Under the pieces are notes generated by a model. It was not told the DNA's origin. It ran no database searches and worked only from the letters and a program-made list of their open reading frames with translations. DNA of 64,000 nucleotides from a virus (lineage: Duplodnaviria > Caudoviricetes): the IMG/VR virus record IMGVR_UViG_3300009183_004565. One strand, written 5' to 3'. Below, one piece after another: positions 38,024 through 46,657 of the stretch. A program made the translations under genes and the position numbers. The stretch's first letter is position 1. Every line of letters starts with the position of its first letter.

Positions 38024-38409
38024 AATACCGAGAACTGCTAGAAGCCTGCTGGAAAGGATATCATAAAGAGGGCATGAAAACCATGTTCGGAAAAAGGTAT
38101 CCCAATTGCGTTAAAAATAAAAAATCCAACGAAGACATTGATACATCTCAGTTTGCAGAATCGGAACTAGAAGAAGATTTGCACAAATGGTTTAAAGAAA
38201 AGTGGGTGCGATTTGGCCCAGATGGAAAAATTCGTGGCGAGTGTGGCGGTCGAGATGACAGCGAAGGCAAACCAAAATGCTTGCCTGCTAGTAAAGCACA
38301 TGCCTTGGGTAAAAAAGGACGTTCCAGTGCCGGTGCTAGAAAACGCAGACAAGATCCAAATCCGGAACGCCATGGCAAGGCAATTAACGTAGCAACCAAA
38401 AAGAAATGA
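38020..38409 (+). CDS. Probable capsid-internal protein with basic Cys modules
   Basis: MKYRELLEACW.GY...YPNCVK and EDL.KWFKEKWV...CG...KPKCLP..KA modules. Confidence 0.55.
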   Translation: MKYRELLEACWKGYHKEGMKTMFGKRYPNCVKNKKSNEDIDTSQFAESELEEDLHKWFKEKWVRFGPDGKIRGECGGRDDSEGKPKCLPASKAHALGKKGRSSAGARKRRQDPNPERHGKAINVATKKK

Positions 38410-38825
38410 GAAATTTAATTAGACTAGTTGAAGCTGCTGAAAAAGATTGCCCCATTGCCACTCACGACATTGATGTCAATTTGAAACACAGGCAGCGAGC
38501 CATAGATGAGTACTACTACGGTCCTGCCAATCCTGACAAGCCCGGCAGCTATTGGAAAGACGCTGCTCGACGTTGGAACATAGATGAAAAAACTGCCCGA
38601 ACTATGCAGTGTGGCAACTGTGCAGCATTTGATGTTTCGGACAAGATGTGGGCCTGTATGGAAGCCGGCATCAAAGGTGATGATCAAGCCGTAGATGCCA
38701 TGGCTACTGTACAAAAAGCCGATTTGGGCTACTGTAATTTTTTACATTTTAAATGTGCTGGTACTAGAAGCTGTACTGCTTGGGTGACAGGCGGATCAAT
38801 TGATAACAAGGATCGCACCGAATGA
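38406..38825 (+). CDS. Cys-rich, HiPIP-like metal-binding protein
   Basis: CGNC..F....G.C.F..FKC...RSC..W. Confidence 0.5.
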   Translation: MRNLIRLVEAAEKDCPIATHDIDVNLKHRQRAIDEYYYGPANPDKPGSYWKDAARRWNIDEKTARTMQCGNCAAFDVSDKMWACMEAGIKGDDQAVDAMATVQKADLGYCNFLHFKCAGTRSCTAWVTGGSIDNKDRTE

Positions 38826-39235
38826 AAACTCATGAATTCGCATCAATAAGCAAAAAGAACCGTGGAATAAAAGAATCAAGAAGTAAATCAATTGAAGACT
38901 TCAAGCCTGCCAATCAAGCCTTGGACGATTTGAAAAGCCGATATTTGCCTGATTGGGAAATGATAGATCATCAAACACTACAGGCCAAATACGTGGCCCA
39001 AGATCATAGACATGCACTAAAGTTTGTGGCATTTATAAATCAACTTTGTGAACAGATGGATCATTTTGCCGAAGTAACTCAAGATGTAGCCGAGGTTGCT
39101 GTTAAAACAGCCACGTTTGATGTAAAAGGATTGACCATACTTGATTTTCAATTGGCAATGCGTGTAGATGCTTATGCTCGAATGCATAATATTGAGCAGG
39201 TACGCATGCAAGGTAATTTTGGGATGCATCCATAA
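38822..39235 (+). CDS. Pterin-4a-carbinolamine dehydratase-like protein
   Basis: L.DW.......L...Y....A..F...I....E..DH..E......V.V...T.DV.GLT..DF.LA..VD. Confidence 0.7.
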   Translation: MKTHEFASISKKNRGIKESRSKSIEDFKPANQALDDLKSRYLPDWEMIDHQTLQAKYVAQDHRHALKFVAFINQLCEQMDHFAEVTQDVAEVAVKTATFDVKGLTILDFQLAMRVDAYARMHNIEQVRMQGNFGMHP

Positions 39236-39238
39236 CTC

Positions 39239-39856
39239 ATGATAAAAGTTTGCGATTACAACATCTTGTTGGATCCTGTCTGTACCAAACCTAATCATAA
39301 CATATTTGATTCAGAAGATTTTCGATACTACGACAAAGACGGATTTGAATTAAACCGTGCCGAAATTGGATTTTACCAAGCCATGAATTACAAATTAGAT
39401 CGATCACTTAATCATCTCTGCTTTCAACAAGACTGGCTGAAAATAAACAGTGCTGGATTGTATCTTGATCATTGTTTGATTTTACATAGATGCAGATACG
39501 ATAAAGAAGCCCAAGATCAATTGTTTACGTTACGAAAAACTATACCAGCAGCCAGCTTGGTGATGAATACCATTGCCAAATGGGGATTTGATTTTGCTCT
39601 TGATGCTGTAGATGATGACTACAATCTTTATGAAGTGTTGCACGTCGAATGCGATTACACATCATATGACAAATTTTGCCATCAGCTTGATCATGTTCAA
39701 AACAAACTAATGCAAATTGACTGGCAAGATGCTGCTCAACAAATACTCAGCAATAAAGAAAAATGGAATGGTTTAAAAGGATTCGAGCAGAATCACTGGA
39801 AGGCTAATTTTTTGCTAGGTTGGAACAAGTCAGAGTACACCGAAAAAACAATTTAA
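39239..39856 (+). CDS. Conserved phage hypothetical protein
   Basis: 205 aa; YYDKDGFEL...KWG.DFALD. Confidence 0.6.
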   Translation: MIKVCDYNILLDPVCTKPNHNIFDSEDFRYYDKDGFELNRAEIGFYQAMNYKLDRSLNHLCFQQDWLKINSAGLYLDHCLILHRCRYDKEAQDQLFTLRKTIPAASLVMNTIAKWGFDFALDAVDDDYNLYEVLHVECDYTSYDKFCHQLDHVQNKLMQIDWQDAAQQILSNKEKWNGLKGFEQNHWKANFLLGWNKSEYTEKTI

Positions 39857-39870
39857 CCAAGGAGAATCAA

Positions 39871-40014
39871 ATGGCAAAAGCATCAACTAGCGGTAAAAAT
39901 GTAATTCAAAAAATTGTAAAATTAACTAGTCAGGGCGGTCGTAATCCCAAGACCAGTGCAATGAACAAGTCAAAAAGACAGAGTCATAAACAGAGTAGAG
40001 GACAAGGTAGATAA
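39871..40014 (+). CDS. Small basic protein
   Basis: ATG 39871 after AAGGAG; 47 aa, Lys/Arg-rich. Confidence 0.6.
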   Translation: MAKASTSGKNVIQKIVKLTSQGGRNPKTSAMNKSKRQSHKQSRGQGR

Positions 40015-40035
40015 ATACCTATTATAGGGTTCGTT

Positions 40036-40470
40036 ATGGAAGAATTAATCAAAACTAGTAAAGTGGCTTTTGCCAGCGAATATGCTTTTATGATCAAAGC
40101 ACAGTTTTTTCACTGGAACATAGAAGGTCCAAACTTTCCACAATATCATGAATTATTAAATACAATTTACAACGAAGTGCAGGAACAACTAGATCCCTTT
40201 GCCGAAAACATCCGCAAGCTTGGTGCATGGACTCCAGCTAGTTTTACAAGATTCAGTATGTTGAGTCAAATTGAAGATGAAACACAGATCATGCCTGCTG
40301 AAGCAATGTTGGCAGAATTGTATCAAGACTGTGAAAAAATGATCCAAATGTTTCAAGTGGTTTACATGCTAGCTGAGCAAAATAGAGAATTTGGACTAGC
40401 CAACTTCTACGCAGACCGTCAAGATGCTCACGCAAAACATTGTTGGATGCTTCGCTCAACACTTAAATAA
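40036..40470 (+). CDS. dps: Dps (DNA-binding ferritin-like protein)
   Basis: K...FHWNIEG..F...HELL...Y.E.....D..AE.IR.LG. Confidence 0.92.
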   Translation: MEELIKTSKVAFASEYAFMIKAQFFHWNIEGPNFPQYHELLNTIYNEVQEQLDPFAENIRKLGAWTPASFTRFSMLSQIEDETQIMPAEAMLAELYQDCEKMIQMFQVVYMLAEQNREFGLANFYADRQDAHAKHCWMLRSTLK

Positions 40471-40471
40471 C

Positions 40472-40496
40472 AATGCGGCTTAGGCCGCATTTTTTT
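40472..40496 (+). terminator. Intrinsic terminator after dps
   Basis: AATGCGGC-TTAG-GCCGCATT followed by a T run. Confidence 0.9.
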
Positions 40497-40517
40497 AATA
40501 ATTATATTCAAGGTATT

Positions 40518-41093
40518 ATGCTAATTGTTTATATTCACGGCGCCAGCGCAACTGGAGAAAGTTTTAACTATATTCGTGATCATATTAAAGGTCACGAAGA
40601 ATTAGTCATTGACTACGACAGTCGCAATGGCTTTGAAAAGAATCTAGCCGATATGCGTTATCAATTAAGTGAGTTTCATAGTATGTTTTTTATATGTCAC
40701 AGTCTAGGTGGTATATATGCATTACATCTAGCCGACGAAATGCCTGAACGTGTTCTAGGTGCAATTACGTTAAGTACTCCATATGGCGGGGCTGAGATAG
40801 CTGATGTTGCAAAATACTTTTTGCCATACAGTAGATTATTAAAAGATATTGGGCCCAACTCATGGGCAATGCGGCAAGCAAGGAAGATAGAAATACATCA
40901 TCCTTGGACCAATGTAGTTACCGTTACAGGTAATGCGCCTTGGGTAGTACAACCAAATGACGGGGTAGTTACCATTGCCAGTCAGCGTCATCATGGTCAA
41001 GACATGGAGTTAGTAGAATTAGAATCCAACCACTATGAAGTGGTACTAAGTGATCAAACAGTAAAGATAATTCAAGAAAGGTTACCACAATGA
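40518..41093 (+). CDS. Alpha/beta hydrolase
   Basis: YIHGA, ICHSLGG nucleophile elbow, TPYGG, NDGVV, SNHY. Confidence 0.85.
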   Translation: MLIVYIHGASATGESFNYIRDHIKGHEELVIDYDSRNGFEKNLADMRYQLSEFHSMFFICHSLGGIYALHLADEMPERVLGAITLSTPYGGAEIADVAKYFLPYSRLLKDIGPNSWAMRQARKIEIHHPWTNVVTVTGNAPWVVQPNDGVVTIASQRHHGQDMELVELESNHYEVVLSDQTVKIIQERLPQ

Positions 41094-41287
41094 TAGGCGA
41101 AATGTTAGTATGGGGATTTTTCAGCGCACTAGGTTGGATGAGTGCAAACTACACAGTAGAAAAAGTGTTTCCCGAAAAACAAATTAAAGAAGAACAAGTG
41201 TGTTCCATATGGCAAGAAGAAAAACAGTCAGACGGCACTGTACATAGAACAAGAATCTGCGAACCAAACATAAAGACTTCACCTTAG
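41090..41287 (+). CDS. Small hypothetical protein with N-terminal TM
   Basis: 65 aa, coupled to the hydrolase gene. Confidence 0.55.
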   Translation: MIGEMLVWGFFSALGWMSANYTVEKVFPEKQIKEEQVCSIWQEEKQSDGTVHRTRICEPNIKTSP

Positions 41288-41350
41288 GACCGTGAGGGCG
41301 CGGCTGCTGCGCTACCCACGGGAGTCGTGCCCCAAGGGTTGAAGTGAGCA
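41276..41350 (+). ncRNA. Candidate structured RNA, family not recognised
   Basis: 39 of 52 nt in 41287-41338 are G/C in an AT-rich genome; nested helices CCGTG/CACGG, GG/CC, GCGCGG/CTGCGC; outer ACTTCA/TGAAGT. Confidence 0.5.
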
Positions 41351-41367
41351 ATAACATTTACGATACT

Positions 41368-42237
41368 ATGCGAATTCAATTTGATTTTATACAAGGTCCA
41401 ATGAGTCTAGAGATTGCGTTACTAGACAATCCTGCTGTTCAGGAATGGGCCAGGAGATTTGTAGGAACAAATTTAAAATTAAGATCAAACTTCTTTGATA
41501 ATTTGTATGTTAGAGCGTGGGATCCTACATACGTACAACAATGTTTAGATAAACTATATATTGACTTATCAGAATTAGCATCCCTAGGATTCCCATATAC
41601 CGGTGTTATGCCAACATGCTTAGATGAAATTACGCGAACATGGACCAATCATTTGCATAGATATTTTACTCATACATTATGGGATGTATGCGAGCAATGT
41701 GATCATCACGCCTCTGATCGCATAAAAGATCTATTGCACGATGTTAACATTTATGTTCACGAAATAGAAGATCATTATCCAAACGAGGCCGAAGGGTTGG
41801 CTGTTGATAGTATTCCAGAAATTTACTTGTCGTCGGAACCAAGTTATAAAGAAAACATCTGGTGGACTATTCCCGACGAGCACAGGCAATACCACAGCAA
41901 AGAATATGCTGATGTAATTATGGGCTCACAGATTCAAGGCAAAACTCTACTCAGGAATTACTTAGATGGCGATAATCCCAACGATAGAGATACTACCGGT
42001 CATTGGGTCGCCGCTGGTGCGTTGAGAATAATGACTACCGACGCTAGGCAAAGAATATACCAAAGTGTAGGATTTAACAATTGGTTACAACGATGGGGAG
42101 TCAATCCTGACGCTGCATACTATGATTTTCCGCTTGGCAACATAACAAATAAAAATCTTTTTCCCCTTATTGTCGATGCTTTTAGTCACGACCACCAAAA
42201 GGGACGATCGCATGTTACAGCATCATATTTTGAATAA
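41368..42237 (+). CDS. Hypothetical protein, paralogous to 62750-63592
   Basis: N.LHRY, H..E, G(K/R).....Y...D, F..W and PLG.I motifs shared with the 62750 ORF. Confidence 0.6.
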   Translation: MRIQFDFIQGPMSLEIALLDNPAVQEWARRFVGTNLKLRSNFFDNLYVRAWDPTYVQQCLDKLYIDLSELASLGFPYTGVMPTCLDEITRTWTNHLHRYFTHTLWDVCEQCDHHASDRIKDLLHDVNIYVHEIEDHYPNEAEGLAVDSIPEIYLSSEPSYKENIWWTIPDEHRQYHSKEYADVIMGSQIQGKTLLRNYLDGDNPNDRDTTGHWVAAGALRIMTTDARQRIYQSVGFNNWLQRWGVNPDAAYYDFPLGNITNKNLFPLIVDAFSHDHQKGRSHVTASYFE

Positions 42238-42249
42238 CGTATATTGTCA

Positions 42250-43398
42250 ATGAATCCAAACTACTGCCCTGATTTATTTACTAACCTGTTTGTTCAAAAA
42301 TATGATGCTACACATGCAGAACTTGCATATTGTTGTATAAGCGAAAGAACTACTCCAACAAATAAAATAGACTTTTTTCATAAAAAATTGGAAGATGGAC
42401 GACAATATTTTTTATCAACCGGCGAGTTGCCCAAAGATTGTCAGGTATGTGTAGATTGTGAAAATAACGGAACAATATCACGACGTTTAGCAGAACTGTC
42501 GTATGAACATAGACCTTATACATTTGATCGAGACGTGCTGAGATTACAGTATAACTGTGACAACATTTGTAATTTAAAATGTATTGGGTGTGGTGGATGG
42601 TATAGTTCTGCTTGGATCGAAGATGAAATTAAACTTGGGAGCTTCGGAAGAATTGATCCTACCACCTCAGAAATATTTATTTTTAAACCAACTAAACACA
42701 ATTCAATAATATTAGATCTGGATGTATCTAAAGTGCATTCGGTATATTTCAATGGCGGAGAGCCATTGATGACCAAAGATCACTTAAGAGTATTACAATA
42801 TCTAGTAGAAAACGGAAAACCAAGTAATCAGATTCCAAAAGATATCCATGTTACTTATAATACAAATGCAACTCACCCACTAACAGATGAAATGATAAAA
42901 ATGTGGGAGCAATTTGCTTCTGTACACCTAGTGGCCAGTATTGACGGAATTCATGATTCGTTTGAATATATAAGATTCCCAGCTAATTGGAACAAGGTTG
43001 TAGAAAATATTAATAATTATAGAAATGCTGGAATCCAAACATCTTTTGGTATTAATATTGGTGTTCACAATGTGATGTATTATAAAGAGTTGGAGCAGTT
43101 TTGTTTTGATAATTCTATAGAGTTAACTTATCAGCATGATACCCAAGGAGTGTTATCCTTAGTAAATTTACCAAAACACTTAATACCAACGGTATTGGAG
43201 TATCTTGAAACTTTACCCCAAACCAAAACTAAAGAAATATTAATAAACTGTGTATCCAAGATTCAACAACCGGATGTTTCAGCGTGGGTCAATTGGCTTA
43301 GTAAATTAGATTCCATACGTGGGAATAATTGGAAAAAAAGTTTGCATCGCCTTTATGATTTAGACCCTAAATATTTTGACTCTATTGAAATATTGTAG
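42250..43398 (+). CDS. Radical SAM protein with N-terminal Cys-rich (twitch-like) domain
   Basis: CNLKCIGC, YFNGGEP, YNTNAT, SIDG, YIRFP.NW. Confidence 0.85.
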   Translation: MNPNYCPDLFTNLFVQKYDATHAELAYCCISERTTPTNKIDFFHKKLEDGRQYFLSTGELPKDCQVCVDCENNGTISRRLAELSYEHRPYTFDRDVLRLQYNCDNICNLKCIGCGGWYSSAWIEDEIKLGSFGRIDPTTSEIFIFKPTKHNSIILDLDVSKVHSVYFNGGEPLMTKDHLRVLQYLVENGKPSNQIPKDIHVTYNTNATHPLTDEMIKMWEQFASVHLVASIDGIHDSFEYIRFPANWNKVVENINNYRNAGIQTSFGINIGVHNVMYYKELEQFCFDNSIELTYQHDTQGVLSLVNLPKHLIPTVLEYLETLPQTKTKEILINCVSKIQQPDVSAWVNWLSKLDSIRGNNWKKSLHRLYDLDPKYFDSIEIL

Positions 43399-43404
43399 TA
43401 TAAT
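43376..43404 (+). promoter_or_regulatory. sigma70-type promoter
   Basis: TTGACT (43376-81), 17 bp spacer, TATAAT (43399-404). Confidence 0.85.
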
Positions 43405-43431
43405 CATATTCTTAACCTATAGGAGTCGCAG

Positions 43432-43692
43432 ATGACATCAAGAATGTTTAGTTCTGAGCAAAAAGCAAAACTTACACAAATTATCAACGAAGGGATGGCA
43501 GTCATGCAAGAAGTCGAAGATCTCAATGCAGGATTAGCCGATACTGTCAAAGCCATTGCAGAAGAAATGGAAATTAAACCAGCTATCCTTAAGAAAGCCA
43601 TTCGCATTGCACACAAAGCCAGACTCGGTGACGAAAATGCCGATCATGAGGAGCTTAACACTATTCTTGAAACAGTAGGCAAAACTCTTTGA
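43432..43692 (+). CDS. Small dsDNA-binding protein (T4 DsbA / GapR-like)
   Basis: Helical L...I.E......EVEDL...L.D..KA..EE..I...L.K.I pattern. Confidence 0.6.
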   Translation: MTSRMFSSEQKAKLTQIINEGMAVMQEVEDLNAGLADTVKAIAEEMEIKPAILKKAIRIAHKARLGDENADHEELNTILETVGKTL

Positions 43693-43979
43693 ACGAGTTA
43701 TTGCATAAAACTTTTGCCTGGATACAAGAGGATTGGCGTAGCCACAAATTAAGATTTTTTGTTGAAATATTAGGCTGGGCATGTAGTATTGGGTGTGCGC
43801 TTACGTTTGCGCTCACTGTGCCCAATCCTCCTTTATTTGTGTTATATCCAATTTGGATCATTGGGTGTTTACTATACACATGGGCTTCATGGAGTCGACG
43901 TAGTTTTGGTATGTTACTTAATTACCTGTTATTAACAACTATAGACTCAATTGGTCTTGCAAGATTACTACTTAACTAG
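43689..43979 (+). CDS. Small membrane protein
   Basis: TTG start, three hydrophobic segments. Confidence 0.65.
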   Translation: MNELLHKTFAWIQEDWRSHKLRFFVEILGWACSIGCALTFALTVPNPPLFVLYPIWIIGCLLYTWASWSRRSFGMLLNYLLLTTIDSIGLARLLLN

Positions 43980-43985
43980 TATAAT
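43957..43985 (+). promoter_or_regulatory. sigma70-type promoter for the DNA polymerase (probably leaderless mRNA)
   Basis: TTGCAA (43957-62), 17 bp spacer, TATAAT (43980-85); ATG 5 nt downstream and no SD. Confidence 0.8.
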
Positions 43986-43990
43986 AAACT

Positions 43991-46651
43991 ATGAGTTACA
44001 TTGACGCCTTGTACGACAGAAATGCAGACCGTATCCACATTGTGGAACGAGTCAACGATGAACGAGTATATCGAGAATATCCAGCCAATCACATATTTTA
44101 CTACGATGACCCACGTGGGAAGTATCGCACCGTATACGGAACTCCAGTAAGTAGATTCTCTAGTCGTTCAAATAAAGAATATCAAAAAGAGTTACGCATT
44201 AACAGTAACAAACGTCTTTGGGAATCGGATATCAATCCTGTATTCCGTTGCCTTGAAGAAAACTATTCTGGAACAACCTCTCCAAAACTACACACGGCAT
44301 TCTTTGACATTGAGGTTGACTTTGATCCAGTAAAAGGATTTAGTAAGCCCGAAGATCCGTTTAATCCAATTACTGCTATTTCCATTTATATGGATTGGTT
44401 GGACAAAATGGTTACATTGGTTATTCCGCCAAAGAGCTATAGTTGGGAGACTGCACAAGAAATTTGCAATCAATTTGATAACTGTTTCTTATTTGAACGT
44501 GAACAAGATCTACTTAGTACATTCTTGGATCTCATTGACGATGCAGATATACTAAGTGGCTGGAACTCAGAAGGCTTTGATATTCCGTACATGACCATGC
44601 GTATTACTCGTGTGTTGAGCAAAGATGATACACGTAGATTCTGTTTGTGGGGGCAACTACCCAAGCAACGTACATTCGAACGCTTTGGTGCAGAGAACTT
44701 GACCTTTGACTTGATTGGTCGTGTGCATATGGACTATATGCAACTGTATCGTAAGTACACATATGAAGAACGTCACAGTTATTCACTTGACGCCATTGGT
44801 GAATATGAACTAGACGAGCGTAAAACACAATACGAAGGTACACTGGATCAACTGTACAACAAAGACTTTCCCGAGTTTATCAAGTATAATCGACAAGATA
44901 CTATGCTTGTTGCCAAACTAGATAAGAAATTACGATTCCTAGATCTAGCCAATGAACTTGCACATGATAATACTGTGCTACTGCCCACTACTATGGGTGC
45001 AGTGGCAGTTACCGAGCAGGCAATTATTAATGAAGCACATCAACGTGGTATGGTAGTACCTAACAGGAAAGGTAGAGATGATCAAGGTGACACGCAAGCG
45101 GCAGGTGCCTATGTTGCTTTTCCCAAAAGGGGCATGCACGACTGGATCGGAGCCATTGACATCAACTCGCTCTATCCCTCGGCTATTAGAGCCCTTAACA
45201 TGGCGCAAGAAAGTATTGTTGGGCAACTCCGACCAATAATGACAGACAAATATATTCAAGATAAAATGACTGCAGGCAGCAGTTTTGCTGATGCCTGGGA
45301 AAACATGTTTGGTAGTCTTGAGTATACTGCGGTAATGGCAGGAGAGCCAGGAACTGAAATTACCGTTGACTGGGAAGCCGGCGGATCGGATGTAATGAGT
45401 GCTGCTGATATATGGAGATTAATCTTTGACTCAAATAAACCTTGGATGCTTAGTGCAAACGGCACAATCTTTAGCTACGAACAAAAAGCCATTGTACCCG
45501 GATTACTGGAACGATGGTACGCGGAACGAAAAGAGCTCCAGGCAAAGAAAAAGGAATCCACAACCGACGAAGACAAAGCCTTCTGGGACAAACGACAACT
45601 TGTCAAGAAGATTAACCTTAACAGTCTCTACGGAGCAATCCTTAATCCTGGATGTAGATTTTTCGACAAAAGGATTGGTCAAAGCACTACTCTCACTGGA
45701 CGAATCATTGCTAGGCACATGGATGCATATATCAATGAGTGCATCATGGGGGAATACGACCATGTGGGCGAAAGCATCATCTATGGAGACACTGACTCAT
45801 GTTATTTTACAGCTTGGCCGGCTATCCGAAGTGAAGTTGAATCAGGACGAATGGAATGGAATAAAGAAATTTGTGCCCAACTGTACGACACCATTGCGGA
45901 ACAAGTTAACGACAGCTTCCCAGCATTTATGGAACGAGCTTGCCATGTGCCGAGGTCTATGGGTGGACTCATTAAAGGTGGTCGCGAACTCGTGGCCTCC
46001 AAAGGGCTCTTTATTAAAAAGAAGCGATATGCAGTCCTCATATATGATCTCGAAGGAGTCAGGCTTGACAGTCATGGCAAGCCCGGCAAGGTCAAGGCTA
46101 TGGGTCTTGACCTAAAGCGTTCAGACACGCCCAAGGTTGTGCAAGACTTCTTGAGTGAACTGTTAACTGCTGTGCTAACTGGTGCAGCACGGGAAGAAAT
46201 ATACGATCGTGTTCGTGAATTTAAAATAGCATTCCAAGACCGACCTGCATGGGAAAAAGGTACACCTAAACGTGTAAACAACTTGACCAAGTATGGCAAA
46301 GAAGAAGAACGTCTAGGCCGTGCTAACATGCCCGGACATGTTCGTGCTGCTCTTAACTGGAACAATCTACGTCGTATGCATGGCGATCAATACAGCTTGG
46401 CCATTGTTGATGGTATGAAAACCATTGTTTGTAAATTAAAAGATAATCCGTTAGGATATACTAGTGTTGGTTATCCCACAGATGAAACTCATATTCCGCA
46501 ATGGTTTAAGGATTTACCTTTTGATGATGGACTCATGGAAGCCACTATTGTAAATCAGAAGGTAGAAAATCTATTAGGTGTACTAGAGTGGGATATTCCC
46601 AATCATACTGATATCAAAACAACATTTGATAGCTTGTTTAGTTTTGAGTAA
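43991..46651 (+). CDS. Family B DNA polymerase with 3'-5' exonuclease (T4 gp43-like)
   Basis: FFDIEV (ExoI), WNSEGFDIPY (ExoII), YN.QD (ExoIII), DINSLYPS, K..LNSLYG, YGDTDS, KKRY. Confidence 0.97.
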   Translation: MSYIDALYDRNADRIHIVERVNDERVYREYPANHIFYYDDPRGKYRTVYGTPVSRFSSRSNKEYQKELRINSNKRLWESDINPVFRCLEENYSGTTSPKLHTAFFDIEVDFDPVKGFSKPEDPFNPITAISIYMDWLDKMVTLVIPPKSYSWETAQEICNQFDNCFLFEREQDLLSTFLDLIDDADILSGWNSEGFDIPYMTMRITRVLSKDDTRRFCLWGQLPKQRTFERFGAENLTFDLIGRVHMDYMQLYRKYTYEERHSYSLDAIGEYELDERKTQYEGTLDQLYNKDFPEFIKYNRQDTMLVAKLDKKLRFLDLANELAHDNTVLLPTTMGAVAVTEQAIINEAHQRGMVVPNRKGRDDQGDTQAAGAYVAFPKRGMHDWIGAIDINSLYPSAIRALNMAQESIVGQLRPIMTDKYIQDKMTAGSSFADAWENMFGSLEYTAVMAGEPGTEITVDWEAGGSDVMSAADIWRLIFDSNKPWMLSANGTIFSYEQKAIVPGLLERWYAERKELQAKKKESTTDEDKAFWDKRQLVKKINLNSLYGAILNPGCRFFDKRIGQSTTLTGRIIARHMDAYINECIMGEYDHVGESIIYGDTDSCYFTAWPAIRSEVESGRMEWNKEICAQLYDTIAEQVNDSFPAFMERACHVPRSMGGLIKGGRELVASKGLFIKKKRYAVLIYDLEGVRLDSHGKPGKVKAMGLDLKRSDTPKVVQDFLSELLTAVLTGAAREEIYDRVREFKIAFQDRPAWEKGTPKRVNNLTKYGKEEERLGRANMPGHVRAALNWNNLRRMHGDQYSLAIVDGMKTIVCKLKDNPLGYTSVGYPTDETHIPQWFKDLPFDDGLMEATIVNQKVENLLGVLEWDIPNHTDIKTTFDSLFSFE

Positions 46652-46657
46652 ATATGA

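Noticed and set aside
41276-41350. tRNA, or a known riboswitch/ribozyme
   Set aside because: No cloverleaf, GTTC T-loop or CCA end; no hammerhead, HDV-like, twister or pistol core that I could match by eye. Kept only as an unassigned candidate.
45426-46115. 229-aa alternative-frame ORF inside polB
   Set aside because: TTG start with no SD, no recognisable motif, and it spans the most conserved polymerase motifs. The locally higher third-position GC may explain the lack of stops. It could hint at a recombined polB segment, but I could not quantify that.
43991-46651. Intein or self-splicing intron in polB (also checked clpA and the clamp loader)
   Set aside because: Motif spacing and protein sizes are normal; no C-terminal HN-C/S/T junction or LAGLIDADG block seen
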